Shown piece after piece: positions 1 through 7,639 of a stretch of DNA of 33,091 bases (its first letter is position 1; each line of letters starts with the position of its first letter). The notes beneath the pieces were generated by a model. The model saw nothing but the letters and a program-made list of their open reading frames with translations, was not told the DNA's origin and searched no databases. The stretch is from Patescibacteria group bacterium. Lineage in GTDB: Bacteria > Patescibacteriota > Minisyncoccia > UBA6257 > UBA9933. The stretch lies in contig JBBTVF010000033.1 of NCBI GenBank assembly GCA_038063335.1, forward strand, positions 1-33,091, in the 5' to 3' direction. The translations under genes were made by a program, and so were the position numbers.

Positions 1-495
1 AAATCTCAAAAATTACAGCAAATAAATGAAAGCAAGGAAATGCTTAAACAGAGCCGAACTTTGGCCTTTATTGATTTTAGCGGAACGAAAGTTGAGGACA
101 TAAAAAAATTGCGCCGTTTATTAAGCTCCGTTGAAGCGAAATTAAAAGTTTTTAAGAAAAAACTTTTAAGAATCGCTTTGAAAGACAGTGGTTTTGATTT
201 TGACCCAGAGCAATTTGATTTGCAGGTCGGGACTATTTCCGCACAAGGGGATATTTCCGAAATTGCCGGCTTGATTTATAAATTTTCCAAAGAAATAAAA
301 AATAAAAATTTTAAGATTTTAGGCGGCTATGATTTGGCGGAAAAGAATTCATTTGATGGTGTAATGGTAACGCGAATTGGCCAGTTGCCGTCAAGAGAAG
401 TGTTATTGGGGCAATTAGTCGGAATGTTGGCGGCGCCGATGAAAATGTTTTTGTATGTGTTAAGCGAAAAATCTAAAATGGTCGAAAATAAATAA
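1..495 (+). CDS. rplJ: 50S ribosomal protein L10, 5' end outside the window
   Basis: Frame 1 is open from base 1 ([13 protein letters not shown] precedes the tracked Met at 40). L10-like pattern [18 protein letters not shown]...[12 protein letters not shown]. Immediately followed by rplL as in the conserved rplJL unit. Confidence 0.85.
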   Translation, partial: KSQKLQQINESKEMLKQSRTLAFIDFSGTKVEDIKKLRRLLSSVEAKLKVFKKKLLRIALKDSGFDFDPEQFDLQVGTISAQGDISEIAGLIYKFSKEIKNKNFKILGGYDLAEKNSFDGVMVTRIGQLPSREVLLGQLVGMLAAPMKMFLYVLSEKSKMVENK

Positions 496-506
496 CCGAT
501 AAAAAT

Positions 507-878
507 ATGGAAAAATTCAAAGATATAATTGAAAAAATAGAAAAGTTGACGGTTGTAGAACTTGCCGAATTGGTAAAAGTTTTAGAAGAAAAATTTGGCG
601 TTTCAGCTTCCGCAATGGCTGTTGGTGGAGGAGTGGCGGCCGGAAACGGCGAGGAAGCGGTGGAAAAAACTTCTTTTGACGTTATTCTTAAAGTCGCCGG
701 CGACCAAAAAATTAACGTTATTAAGGCTGTTAAAGAAGCAACCGGACTTGGTTTAAAAGAAGCTAAAGATTTAGTTGAAGGCGCGCCGAAACCAATAAAG
801 ACAGGAATGAAAAAAGAGGAAGCCGAAGAATTAAAAAAGAAATTAGAAGGAGTCGGCGCAGTAGTGGAATTAAAATAA
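507..878 (+). CDS. rplL: 50S ribosomal protein L7/L12
   Basis: 123 aa. N-terminal dimerisation helix, Ala/Gly hinge ([14 protein letters not shown]) and C-terminal domain [31 protein letters not shown]...[16 protein letters not shown] are textbook L7/L12. Confidence 0.95.
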   Translation: MEKFKDIIEKIEKLTVVELAELVKVLEEKFGVSASAMAVGGGVAAGNGEEAVEKTSFDVILKVAGDQKINVIKAVKEATGLGLKEAKDLVEGAPKPIKTGMKKEEAEELKKKLEGVGAVVELK

Positions 879-892
879 TTTGGCCGCAAGAA

Positions 893-921
893 AGACGCTT
901 GATAAGAGCGTCTTTTTGTTT
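893..921 (+). terminator. Rho-independent terminator after rplL
   Basis: AGACGCT (893-899) pairs with AGCGTCT (907-913) around a 7-nt loop, followed by TTTTGTTTT. Confidence 0.6.
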
Positions 922-955
922 TAAATTAAAAATATTGGGCGCATAGCTCAGCTTG

Positions 956-1063
956 CCCCCACACCAAAAATTTTAGGACGATTAGCTCAGCGGCAGAGCA
1001 TTGCATTCACATTGCAAGGGTCAGAGGTTCGAATCCTCTATCGTCCAAATTTTGGTGTGGGGG
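956..1063. repeat. Palindromic element; arms CCCCCACACCAAAA (956-969) and TTTTGGTGTGGGGG (1050-1063) enclose the inner tRNA
   Basis: Perfect 14-bp inverted repeat read directly from the sequence. The same CCCCCACACC/GGTGTGGGGG arms recur at 27566-27597. Confidence 0.85.
976..1047 (+). tRNA. tRNA-Val (anticodon CAC)
   Basis: Canonical cloverleaf: GGACGAT-TA-GCTC/AGCGGCA/GAGC-A-TTGCA/TTCACAT/TGCAA-GGGTC-AGAGG/TTCGAAT/CCTCT-ATCGTCC-A73. No encoded CCA. Confidence 0.9.
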
Positions 1064-1137
1064 GGTGAAGTAGAGCGTTCCGTTCACATCGGAAAGGTCA
1101 GAAGTTCGATCCTTCTTGCGCCCGCACCGTTAAAAAC

Positions 1138-1167
1138 TTGACATATCAACTGTATTGTCTTTATAAT
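1138..1167 (+). promoter_or_regulatory. Sigma-70-type promoter, probably giving a leaderless or near-leaderless mRNA for the 1176 ORF
   Basis: TTGACA (1138-1143), 18-nt spacer, TATAAT (1162-1167). The ATG at 1176 lies only 8 nt after the -10 box and no Shine-Dalgarno sequence is present. Confidence 0.5.
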
Positions 1168-1175
1168 ATATAAAT

Positions 1176-2204
1176 ATGGAAAATATAAATAACATAATTA
1201 AAGATTTAATCTTCGGACTTTCTCCGCGTCAAAAAGACATCATTGAACAAAGATTCGGCTTGAACGGCAAAAGGCGTACCTTAGCGGCAGTTGGCAAGAA
1301 ATACGGTTTGACTCGTGAGAGGGTGAGGCAGATTGAAAGCGCCGGTTTAAAATTAATAAGTGAAAAGCTTAAAAAAAATCAGGCAGCCGGCAGAATGATT
1401 GAAGATGCCATTAGCCACCTTAAAAAAGTCGGCGGCGTGATGAGAGAAAATGTTTTTCTTAATGAATTAAGGGGATTATTTAAAACCAACGCAATTACCG
1501 GCGAACAGTTAAAATTTATTTTTGAAGTTTTTAAAACTCCTCTTCATCAAATTGAAGAAAAGAATTTTTACAGCTTTTGGTATTTAAATAAGGAATCACG
1601 GAAGTTTGCTTTTGATTTTATCAATAAGCTTGAAAAATTTATTGCCGATAAAAAAGAAGAACTCATTACTCATAAAAAATTTGATGAACTTTTTGCGCAA
1701 GTCGTTAAATCCCACGATGTTAAAGACTTCATCGCTTTAAATTACGCTTCAATTTCAAAAAAATTCGGCGTGAGTCCTTTCGGCGATTTTGGTTTGACGC
1801 GCTGGGAAGAAATAACTCCCAAAACCGCCCGGGCGAGAGCTTATTTGATTTTAAAAAAACACAGCGCTCCGTTGCATTTTAAAGAAATCGCGAAAAAAAT
1901 AAACGAGCTTAAACTTAATAAACGTCGCGCTCTTTATCAAACTATTCATAACGAATTGATAAAAGACCCGAGATTCGTGTTGGTGGGACGGGGCATGTAC
2001 GGGCTTTCGGAATTCGGTTTGAAACCGGGCATTGCCAAAGACGTTATTGCGCGAGTTTTGAAAACCAAGGGGCCGCTTTATAAAGAAGAAGTGGTTGATT
2101 TGGTAAAACAGGAAAGATTCCTCAAGGACAATACTATTTTACTTAATCTCCAAAGTAAAAAATATTTCAAAAGACTGGCTGACGGACGATATCATATTAA
2201 ATAG
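1176..2204 (+). CDS. HTH protein with an N-terminal sigma-70 region-4-like domain and a C-terminal HARE-HTH-like domain
   Basis: RQKDIIEQRFGLNGKRRTLAAVGKKYGLTRERVRQIESAGLKLI resembles sigma-70 region 4. PLHFKEIAKKINEL...ELIKDPRFVLVGRGMYGL resembles HARE-HTH (RpoE-delta-like). Confidence 0.55.
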   Translation: MENINNIIKDLIFGLSPRQKDIIEQRFGLNGKRRTLAAVGKKYGLTRERVRQIESAGLKLISEKLKKNQAAGRMIEDAISHLKKVGGVMRENVFLNELRGLFKTNAITGEQLKFIFEVFKTPLHQIEEKNFYSFWYLNKESRKFAFDFINKLEKFIADKKEELITHKKFDELFAQVVKSHDVKDFIALNYASISKKFGVSPFGDFGLTRWEEITPKTARARAYLILKKHSAPLHFKEIAKKINELKLNKRRALYQTIHNELIKDPRFVLVGRGMYGLSEFGLKPGIAKDVIARVLKTKGPLYKEEVVDLVKQERFLKDNTILLNLQSKKYFKRLADGRYHIK

Positions 2205-2212
2205 AATTTAAA

Positions 2213-2233
2213 ATCTAGAATCTAGAATCTAGG
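2213..2233. repeat. Heptamer tandem repeat ATCTAGA x3 (last unit ATCTAGG), intergenic
   Basis: Read directly from the sequence. Belongs to the same ATYCTAR-type heptamer family seen inside tsaD. Confidence 0.8.
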
Positions 2234-2246
2234 TTTAAGTTAGTTT

Positions 2247-3596
2247 ATGCCGGATTTTTTAATTTCTTATCAATCTTTGATTGTTTCCGTTGTCATAACG
2301 GTTGTTCTTTTGGCGCTGGCAATAGCGCTTTTTAAGATATTTGAACAGGTGTGGCTTTTTTATAAGCAGTCACTTTATAAAAAAGCCATTAAATGGACAG
2401 TTTTAGAATTAAGAATTCCTCGCGAGGTTTTGAAAACGCCGAAGGCGATGGAGCAATTTTTTATAAATTTACACAGTTTAAAGAATGAGCCCGGAAATTT
2501 TTTAGAAAAATATACTGATGGCGAAGTGACTTTATGGTGGAGTTTAGAAATAGCGAGCCTTGGCGGTAAAATCCATTTTTATATCAGAACGCCAAAAAAA
2601 CATAGAAAAATGTTTGAAGCAGGGATGCACGCGCAATATCCCAATATTGAAATTATTGAGACCGAAGATTATCTTAATAAATTACCTAGTTCTACAAAAG
2701 AATTTTATGAGAGCAATGAGAATATTTTCGGCAGTGAGTTTAATTTAGGTAAAAAGGATTTTTATCCCATTATTACTTATGACCATTTTTTTAATCAACC
2801 CGCAAAACTTGATGACCAAAAACAAGTAATAGTTGACCCTCTTTCAGCGCTTATTGAAGTTTTGGCCGGAATTCACAAAGAAGAAAACGTTTTTATTCAG
2901 ATTTTAATCGCGCCGCTTAATGATGATTGGAAAAATGAGGGGAGAGATTTTGTAAATAAAAAACTCGGCAAAGAAGAAAAGAAGAAAGGAGGATTCAATC
3001 AAATTATCTACGAATGGACAAAGAATTTTTTATGGGCGCCGACAGAATACCCGGTTTGGTCAGAACCGAAAGAACCGGCAAAAAAAGAGCCGGCGAATAT
3101 CAGCGACTACGAAGCCATGAAAGAGATTGAAAATAAACTTTCTAAACACGGTTTTGAAAGCTTAATTCGTTTTCTTTATATTGCTCCAAATTCCATTTAT
3201 AGTACAAATTTTGCGAGAAAGGGTATTTTGGGCGCTTTTAACCAATATGCTTCTTCTTTAAATTTTTTCAAAAATAATCCCTTGGTTGAAACCAGAACAA
3301 GATGGATATATTCTCCTCATGTTTTTGTTAAGCAAAGAGTTGAAGCGAGAAAACAACGATTATTATATAATTTTAAGAATAGATTATTTCCGGAAAAACT
3401 GTCCTTCGGCAAATTTATGACGTCGCATATTTTTGATTTTAATAATAAATCAAAAACTTCAGTTTTTGTCACTTCTGAACTCGCGACTATTTATCATATC
3501 CCGGCTGAACAGGTTTTGACATCTCCACATATTGAACGGGCGGAAAGCAAAAAAATGGGTCCGCCGGCCGGTTTGCCGATATTTGAAGAGGAATAA
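2247..3596 (+). CDS. Membrane-anchored protein of unknown function, first gene of the long operon
   Basis: 449 aa with an N-terminal TM helix (LIVSVVITVVLLALAIALF). 5-nt gap to the next ORF. No recognisable catalytic motif. Confidence 0.6.
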   Translation: MPDFLISYQSLIVSVVITVVLLALAIALFKIFEQVWLFYKQSLYKKAIKWTVLELRIPREVLKTPKAMEQFFINLHSLKNEPGNFLEKYTDGEVTLWWSLEIASLGGKIHFYIRTPKKHRKMFEAGMHAQYPNIEIIETEDYLNKLPSSTKEFYESNENIFGSEFNLGKKDFYPIITYDHFFNQPAKLDDQKQVIVDPLSALIEVLAGIHKEENVFIQILIAPLNDDWKNEGRDFVNKKLGKEEKKKGGFNQIIYEWTKNFLWAPTEYPVWSEPKEPAKKEPANISDYEAMKEIENKLSKHGFESLIRFLYIAPNSIYSTNFARKGILGAFNQYASSLNFFKNNPLVETRTRWIYSPHVFVKQRVEARKQRLLYNFKNRLFPEKLSFGKFMTSHIFDFNNKSKTSVFVTSELATIYHIPAEQVLTSPHIERAESKKMGPPAGLPIFEEE

Positions 3597-3601
3597 ATTT
3601 T

Positions 3602-4114
3602 ATGATATTGACTTTGCAAATTATTTTAATTGTTTTAATACTAGCGTTAGTTGTCGCCATTATTTGGTTTATGGCAAAATCTTTTCCGTTCAGGCCTAAA
3701 TTAAATCCTTCGGGAACCCTTAATCTTCTCAAGGGCTTAAAAGTGACGGATGGTAAATATAGGCAGATAATCAAGCATAGAGAATTAATTCATAAAAAAT
3801 GGAATAAATTATTGGAAAGAATAAAATCCGGCGACGAGCGCGATTTGCGTTTGGCAATTATTGAAGCTGATAGTTTAGTTGACGAGATTTTTAAAGAGCA
3901 CGGTCATCCGGGCAAAGATATGGGTGAGCGGTTGAAATCAATCCATCCGAGCGAGATAGATAATCTCAATGATTTATGGGAAGCTCATAAAATCAGAAAC
4001 AGACTTGCCCACGAAGCCGATTTTCATTTATCAGTAGAAGAAGCTAAAAAAATAATTGAAATTTACCACAGGACAATAGAAGAATTATTAAATATTGAAT
4101 TGGAATTGATATGA
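3602..4114 (+). CDS. Single-pass membrane protein of unknown function
   Basis: 170 aa with an N-terminal TM helix (ILIVLILALVVAIIWF) and a helical C-terminal domain. Its stop overlaps the next start (ATGA at 4111-4114). Confidence 0.55.
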   Translation: MILTLQIILIVLILALVVAIIWFMAKSFPFRPKLNPSGTLNLLKGLKVTDGKYRQIIKHRELIHKKWNKLLERIKSGDERDLRLAIIEADSLVDEIFKEHGHPGKDMGERLKSIHPSEIDNLNDLWEAHKIRNRLAHEADFHLSVEEAKKIIEIYHRTIEELLNIELELI

Positions 4115-5760
4115 ATCAAGAAACCAAAACCTGCCAAAATTGCAAACAAAACTTCACTATAGAACCTGAAGATTTTGAGTTTTACGAAAAAGTGAAGGCG
4201 AAACCGCCGAAGTATTGTCCTGACTGCCGCCAACAAAAAAGATTGGCTTTTTGGCCTTTTGCGAAATTTAATAAGCGAAAGTGTGATTTAAGCGGAGAAA
4301 GCATAATTTCAATTTATCCTTCAAGCGCGCATTTTCCGGTTTATAAATCCAGCAATTGGAATTCCGATGCATGGGAACCGCCATTTTTGGATTATGACGC
4401 TTCAAGGAATTTTTTTGAACAGCTTTATGAATTGCAAAAAAAATCTCCTAAGCCTCATCAATTTGGGTCCAATAATCAAAATTGCGATTATTGCGACGAT
4501 GTCTGGGATTCAAAAAATTGCTATCTCTGCCGTTCTTTGGGCAGTTGCGAAAATCTTTCATATTCATATAGGGTGCTAAATTCCCGCGATTCTTATGATT
4601 TAACTTATTGCTATGATTCCGAGTTGTCCTACGACTGCACCTATTGTTTTAAGCTTTATAATGTAAAGTACGCTTTTGATTCGCGCGATAGTTTTGATAG
4701 CGCGTTTTTATATGATTGCCGAAATGTGAGAAATTGTTTTATGTGCTGGAATTTGCGCAATAAAGAATATCATATTTTAAACCAACCGTATTCCAAGGAA
4801 GAATATTTCCAGAAATTAAAAGAATATAATTTGAATTCTTGGAATACGGTTCAATTTTTAAAGAAAAATTTTGAAAAAAAGATTAAAGAAGAAGCGGTTC
4901 ATAAAAACAATTTCAACACGAAAACCATAAATTCAAGCGGTAATTATTTAAGCGAGTGTAAAAAATGCAAAAATTCTTATTTTTTGGAAAAATCGGAAAA
5001 TTGTTCTTATTATTTCAGAGGAGCGATGAATAAGGACGTAAACGACTCGACTGGAGTTTATAAAGGAGAATTAGCGTATGACGTGAATCAAATGACAGAA
5101 ATATACAATATGAAGCATTCCAATTATTGTATTAATTGCCGCGACAGCGAATATCTTGATTCGTGCGTCGGGTGCGAGAATTGTTTCGGGTGTGTTGGTC
5201 TTAAACATAAAAGCTATTCCATTTTAAATAAACAATATTCCAAAGAGGATTATTATGATTTGGTTGTCAAAATCAAGAAAGCGATGGAAGACGACGGTTC
5301 TTATGGAGAATTTTTTCCTAATAAGATGGCGCATGGCGGATATAATCTTTCGCTTGCTGGAATATTTTTCCCGAAAACAAAAGAAGAAGTTTCTAAATTA
5401 GAAGGAAATTGGGAAGAGCTGGAAGATACGGATATATCCAATATGAGTTTTAGTCCATTTGTGGACGATATTTCAACCGTAGAAAGCGAGATGGCCGGAA
5501 AAGTCTTTTTGTGCGAAGAAACCGAAAGGCCTTTTAATTTTAAAAAAGAAGAAATTGAATTTTATAAAAAACATTCCATTCCTTTGCCCCATCACTATCC
5601 TGATGTGCGCACCAAAAGCAGGATAAAAAATTTATTCTGCATCAATCCGGTTGAGGCCAAATGCGCGTTTTGTCAAAAAGATATTATTTCTTATTATCCC
5701 AAAGAATGGGAATACAAAAAAATTACTTGTAATGAATGTTATTTAAAGGAAGTAGTGTAA
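4111..5760 (+). CDS. Cysteine-rich zinc-ribbon repeat protein, paralog 1
   Basis: 549 aa. N-terminal CxxC...CPDCR ribbon, two internal modules ending in C.NCF.C..L..K.Y.ILN..YSKE(E/D)Y, and a C-terminal EIEFYKKHSIPLP...CxxC ribbon. Clear paralog of 5771, 9429 and 11441. Confidence 0.8.
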   Translation: MNQETKTCQNCKQNFTIEPEDFEFYEKVKAKPPKYCPDCRQQKRLAFWPFAKFNKRKCDLSGESIISIYPSSAHFPVYKSSNWNSDAWEPPFLDYDASRNFFEQLYELQKKSPKPHQFGSNNQNCDYCDDVWDSKNCYLCRSLGSCENLSYSYRVLNSRDSYDLTYCYDSELSYDCTYCFKLYNVKYAFDSRDSFDSAFLYDCRNVRNCFMCWNLRNKEYHILNQPYSKEEYFQKLKEYNLNSWNTVQFLKKNFEKKIKEEAVHKNNFNTKTINSSGNYLSECKKCKNSYFLEKSENCSYYFRGAMNKDVNDSTGVYKGELAYDVNQMTEIYNMKHSNYCINCRDSEYLDSCVGCENCFGCVGLKHKSYSILNKQYSKEDYYDLVVKIKKAMEDDGSYGEFFPNKMAHGGYNLSLAGIFFPKTKEEVSKLEGNWEELEDTDISNMSFSPFVDDISTVESEMAGKVFLCEETERPFNFKKEEIEFYKKHSIPLPHHYPDVRTKSRIKNLFCINPVEAKCAFCQKDIISYYPKEWEYKKITCNECYLKEVV

Positions 5761-5770
5761 TCTGTGAATT

Positions 5771-7549
5771 ATGAACCAAGAAACAAAAATTTGTCAAAAC
5801 TGCAAACAAAACTTCGTTATTGAGCCCGAAGATTTTGAGTTTTACGCCAAAATCAAAGTCCCGGCGCCGACTTTTTGTCCGGAGTGTAGGATGCAAAGAA
5901 GATTGTCTTTCAGGAACGAGAAAATATTGTATCGTAGAAAATGCGATTCATGCCAGAAAGATATTGTAAGTATTTATCATAAAGACAGCCCTTATACGGT
6001 CTATTGCCAGAAATGTTGGTGGTCGGACGATTGGGATTCTTTGGCGTACGGGAGAAAATATGATTTTGGAAAGCCGTTTTTTTCTCAATTTCAAGATATT
6101 TTAAAATCTGTTCCCAGACTTTGTTTAATAAACGTCAATTCGGTAAATTCGGAATACACCCATTTGGCCGCGGACAGCAAAGATTGCTATTTTCTTTTTG
6201 AAAGCTCTAATAATGAAAGAAGCGATTATAGTTATTGGATGCAACAGAGTAAAGATTGCGTTGATTGTTCTTTTGTAAATAATAGCGAGCTTTGCTATGA
6301 AACTATCATAGCTTGGAATTGCTATAAACTTTTTTACTCAAAAGAATGCCGTGATTGCGCAGACGGTACGTTTCTTTTAGATTGCATCGGTTGTACTGAT
6401 TGTTATGGCTGTGTTGGGTTGAGAAATAAAAAATATCATATTTTTAATCAGCCGCAGAGCAAAGAAGATTATTTAAAAATTGTAGGCGAAAAGAAAAAAG
6501 AGATGCTGGACGGTAACATTGATAAATTAAAAGACGAGTTTATTAAATTTGCGCTTAAATATCCTAATAAATACGCCTATATACAAAAATCAGTGGATAG
6601 CAGCGGAGATTATTTATTAAATACAAAAAAATGTACTTTCTGTTTTCATGGATATGACGCTGAGGATTGTAAATACGGGTATCATGTGTGGCGGAATTCA
6701 AAAGATAATATGGATGTTTGTACAGTGGGGAGAGACGCCGAATTAGTATATGAAACTATAAATACTGGTATGGGCATTTATAATGTAAAATTTGGAATTC
6801 AAAATTGGAATGGAAACAGGGATTTGCAATATTCTGAAGCATGTTCGGGTTCTCAAAATTTGTTCGGATGTACGGCTTTAAGAACTAAAGAATATTGTAT
6901 TTTAAATAAGCAATATACGAAAGAAGAATATGAAGATTTAGTTTCTAAAATAATGAAGCATATGAATGATAATCCGTATACAGATAAGAATGGCCATGTC
7001 TACAAATATGGCGAATTTTTTCCACCTGAAATTTCATTTTTTGCCTACAATGAAACTTCGGCTAATGACCATTTTCCACTTATTAAAGAATCCGCTGAGA
7101 CAAAAGGTTATTATTGGAAAGAAAAAGAAAAAAGAAGTATTTCTCCAACTTTAAAGCATGACGAATTATCAAAATATAATAGTGACATCCCAGATTCGTT
7201 GACTGGTGAAATTATATCGTGTAAAAACGAAGGCAGAGAAACATATTGCACGGAAGCGTTTAAAGTTATTGCTAGAGAATTGGAGTTTTATAGGAAAATG
7301 AATTTGCCACTTCCCGAATTTTGCCCCAACTGCCGTCATTACCAGAGACTCAAACAAAGAAATCCATTAAAACTCTGGCATAGGAAATGTCAATGTAATG
7401 GAAATGAATCGGAAAACGGTATTTATACAAATACTATCGCTCACCAACACGGAACAGAACCCTGTCCCAATGAGTTTGAAACCACCTATTCACCAGACAG
7501 AAAAGAGATAGTATATTGCGAGCGTTGTTATCAACAGGAAGTCGTATAA
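5771..7549 (+). CDS. Cysteine-rich zinc-ribbon repeat protein, paralog 2
   Basis: 592 aa with the same architecture. The first ~80 nt are nearly identical to paralog 1 and the C-terminal third is very similar to paralog 4. Confidence 0.8.
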   Translation: MNQETKICQNCKQNFVIEPEDFEFYAKIKVPAPTFCPECRMQRRLSFRNEKILYRRKCDSCQKDIVSIYHKDSPYTVYCQKCWWSDDWDSLAYGRKYDFGKPFFSQFQDILKSVPRLCLINVNSVNSEYTHLAADSKDCYFLFESSNNERSDYSYWMQQSKDCVDCSFVNNSELCYETIIAWNCYKLFYSKECRDCADGTFLLDCIGCTDCYGCVGLRNKKYHIFNQPQSKEDYLKIVGEKKKEMLDGNIDKLKDEFIKFALKYPNKYAYIQKSVDSSGDYLLNTKKCTFCFHGYDAEDCKYGYHVWRNSKDNMDVCTVGRDAELVYETINTGMGIYNVKFGIQNWNGNRDLQYSEACSGSQNLFGCTALRTKEYCILNKQYTKEEYEDLVSKIMKHMNDNPYTDKNGHVYKYGEFFPPEISFFAYNETSANDHFPLIKESAETKGYYWKEKEKRSISPTLKHDELSKYNSDIPDSLTGEIISCKNEGRETYCTEAFKVIARELEFYRKMNLPLPEFCPNCRHYQRLKQRNPLKLWHRKCQCNGNESENGIYTNTIAHQHGTEPCPNEFETTYSPDRKEIVYCERCYQQEVV

Positions 7550-7597
7550 AAGCAACGCGAAGTCTCGCCGAAGCTTTATGCGAAGGCGGACGAAAAG

Positions 7598-7606
7598 TGT
7601 TATAAT
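7598..7606 (+). promoter_or_regulatory. Extended -10 element (TGtTATAAT) upstream of the ATPase gene
   Basis: TG at 7598-7599 and TATAAT at 7601-7606, inside the only sizeable (90-nt) intergenic gap of the operon. Confidence 0.35.
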
Positions 7607-7639
7607 ATAGAAGTGGCATAATAAAGTGTTTTTAAATAA

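Larger units (their letters stand above)
937..1124 (+). tRNA. Interrupted tRNA-Val(CAC)-like gene; the D-loop carries a ~110-nt insert containing another tRNA
   Basis: 5' part GGGCGCA-TA-GCTC-AGC (937-952). 3' part GAGC(1073-1076)-G-TTCCG/TTCACAT/CGGAA (anticodon CAC)-AGGTC-AGAAG/TTCGATC/CTTCT-TGCGCCC(1117-1123)-G. Acceptor, D, anticodon and T stems all pair once about 953-1065 is looped out. D-loop remnant and G73 discriminator are atypical, so function is uncertain. Confidence 0.55.

Noticed and set aside
473-889. 138-aa minus-strand ORF opposite rplL, and many similar antisense ORFs in the track (for example 3487-3774, 8639-8896, 13680-14081, 14951-15307, 16252-16569, 22823-23158, 24293-24610, 27068-27463 and 29973-30533).
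   Set aside because: They lie entirely within well-supported genes on the other strand and have low-complexity, Ser/Phe/Ile-rich composition typical of shadow ORFs in AT-rich DNA. They show no start-site signals.
953-1065. Interpreting the insert in the outer tRNA as an archaeal-type (bulge-helix-bulge) or group I intron.
   Set aside because: No 3-4-3 bulge-helix-bulge geometry is present at the junctions. The insert is far too short and unstructured for a group I intron. The content is simply a perfect helix plus a complete tRNA.
7550-7600. G+C-richer intergenic stretch after Cys-rich paralog 2 (GCGAAGTCTCGCCGAAGCTTTATGCGAAGGCGGACG), considered as a terminator or small structured RNA.
   Set aside because: I could find no stem longer than about 4 bp by manual pairing and no T-tract. 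Only the downstream extended -10 element is reported, at low confidence.
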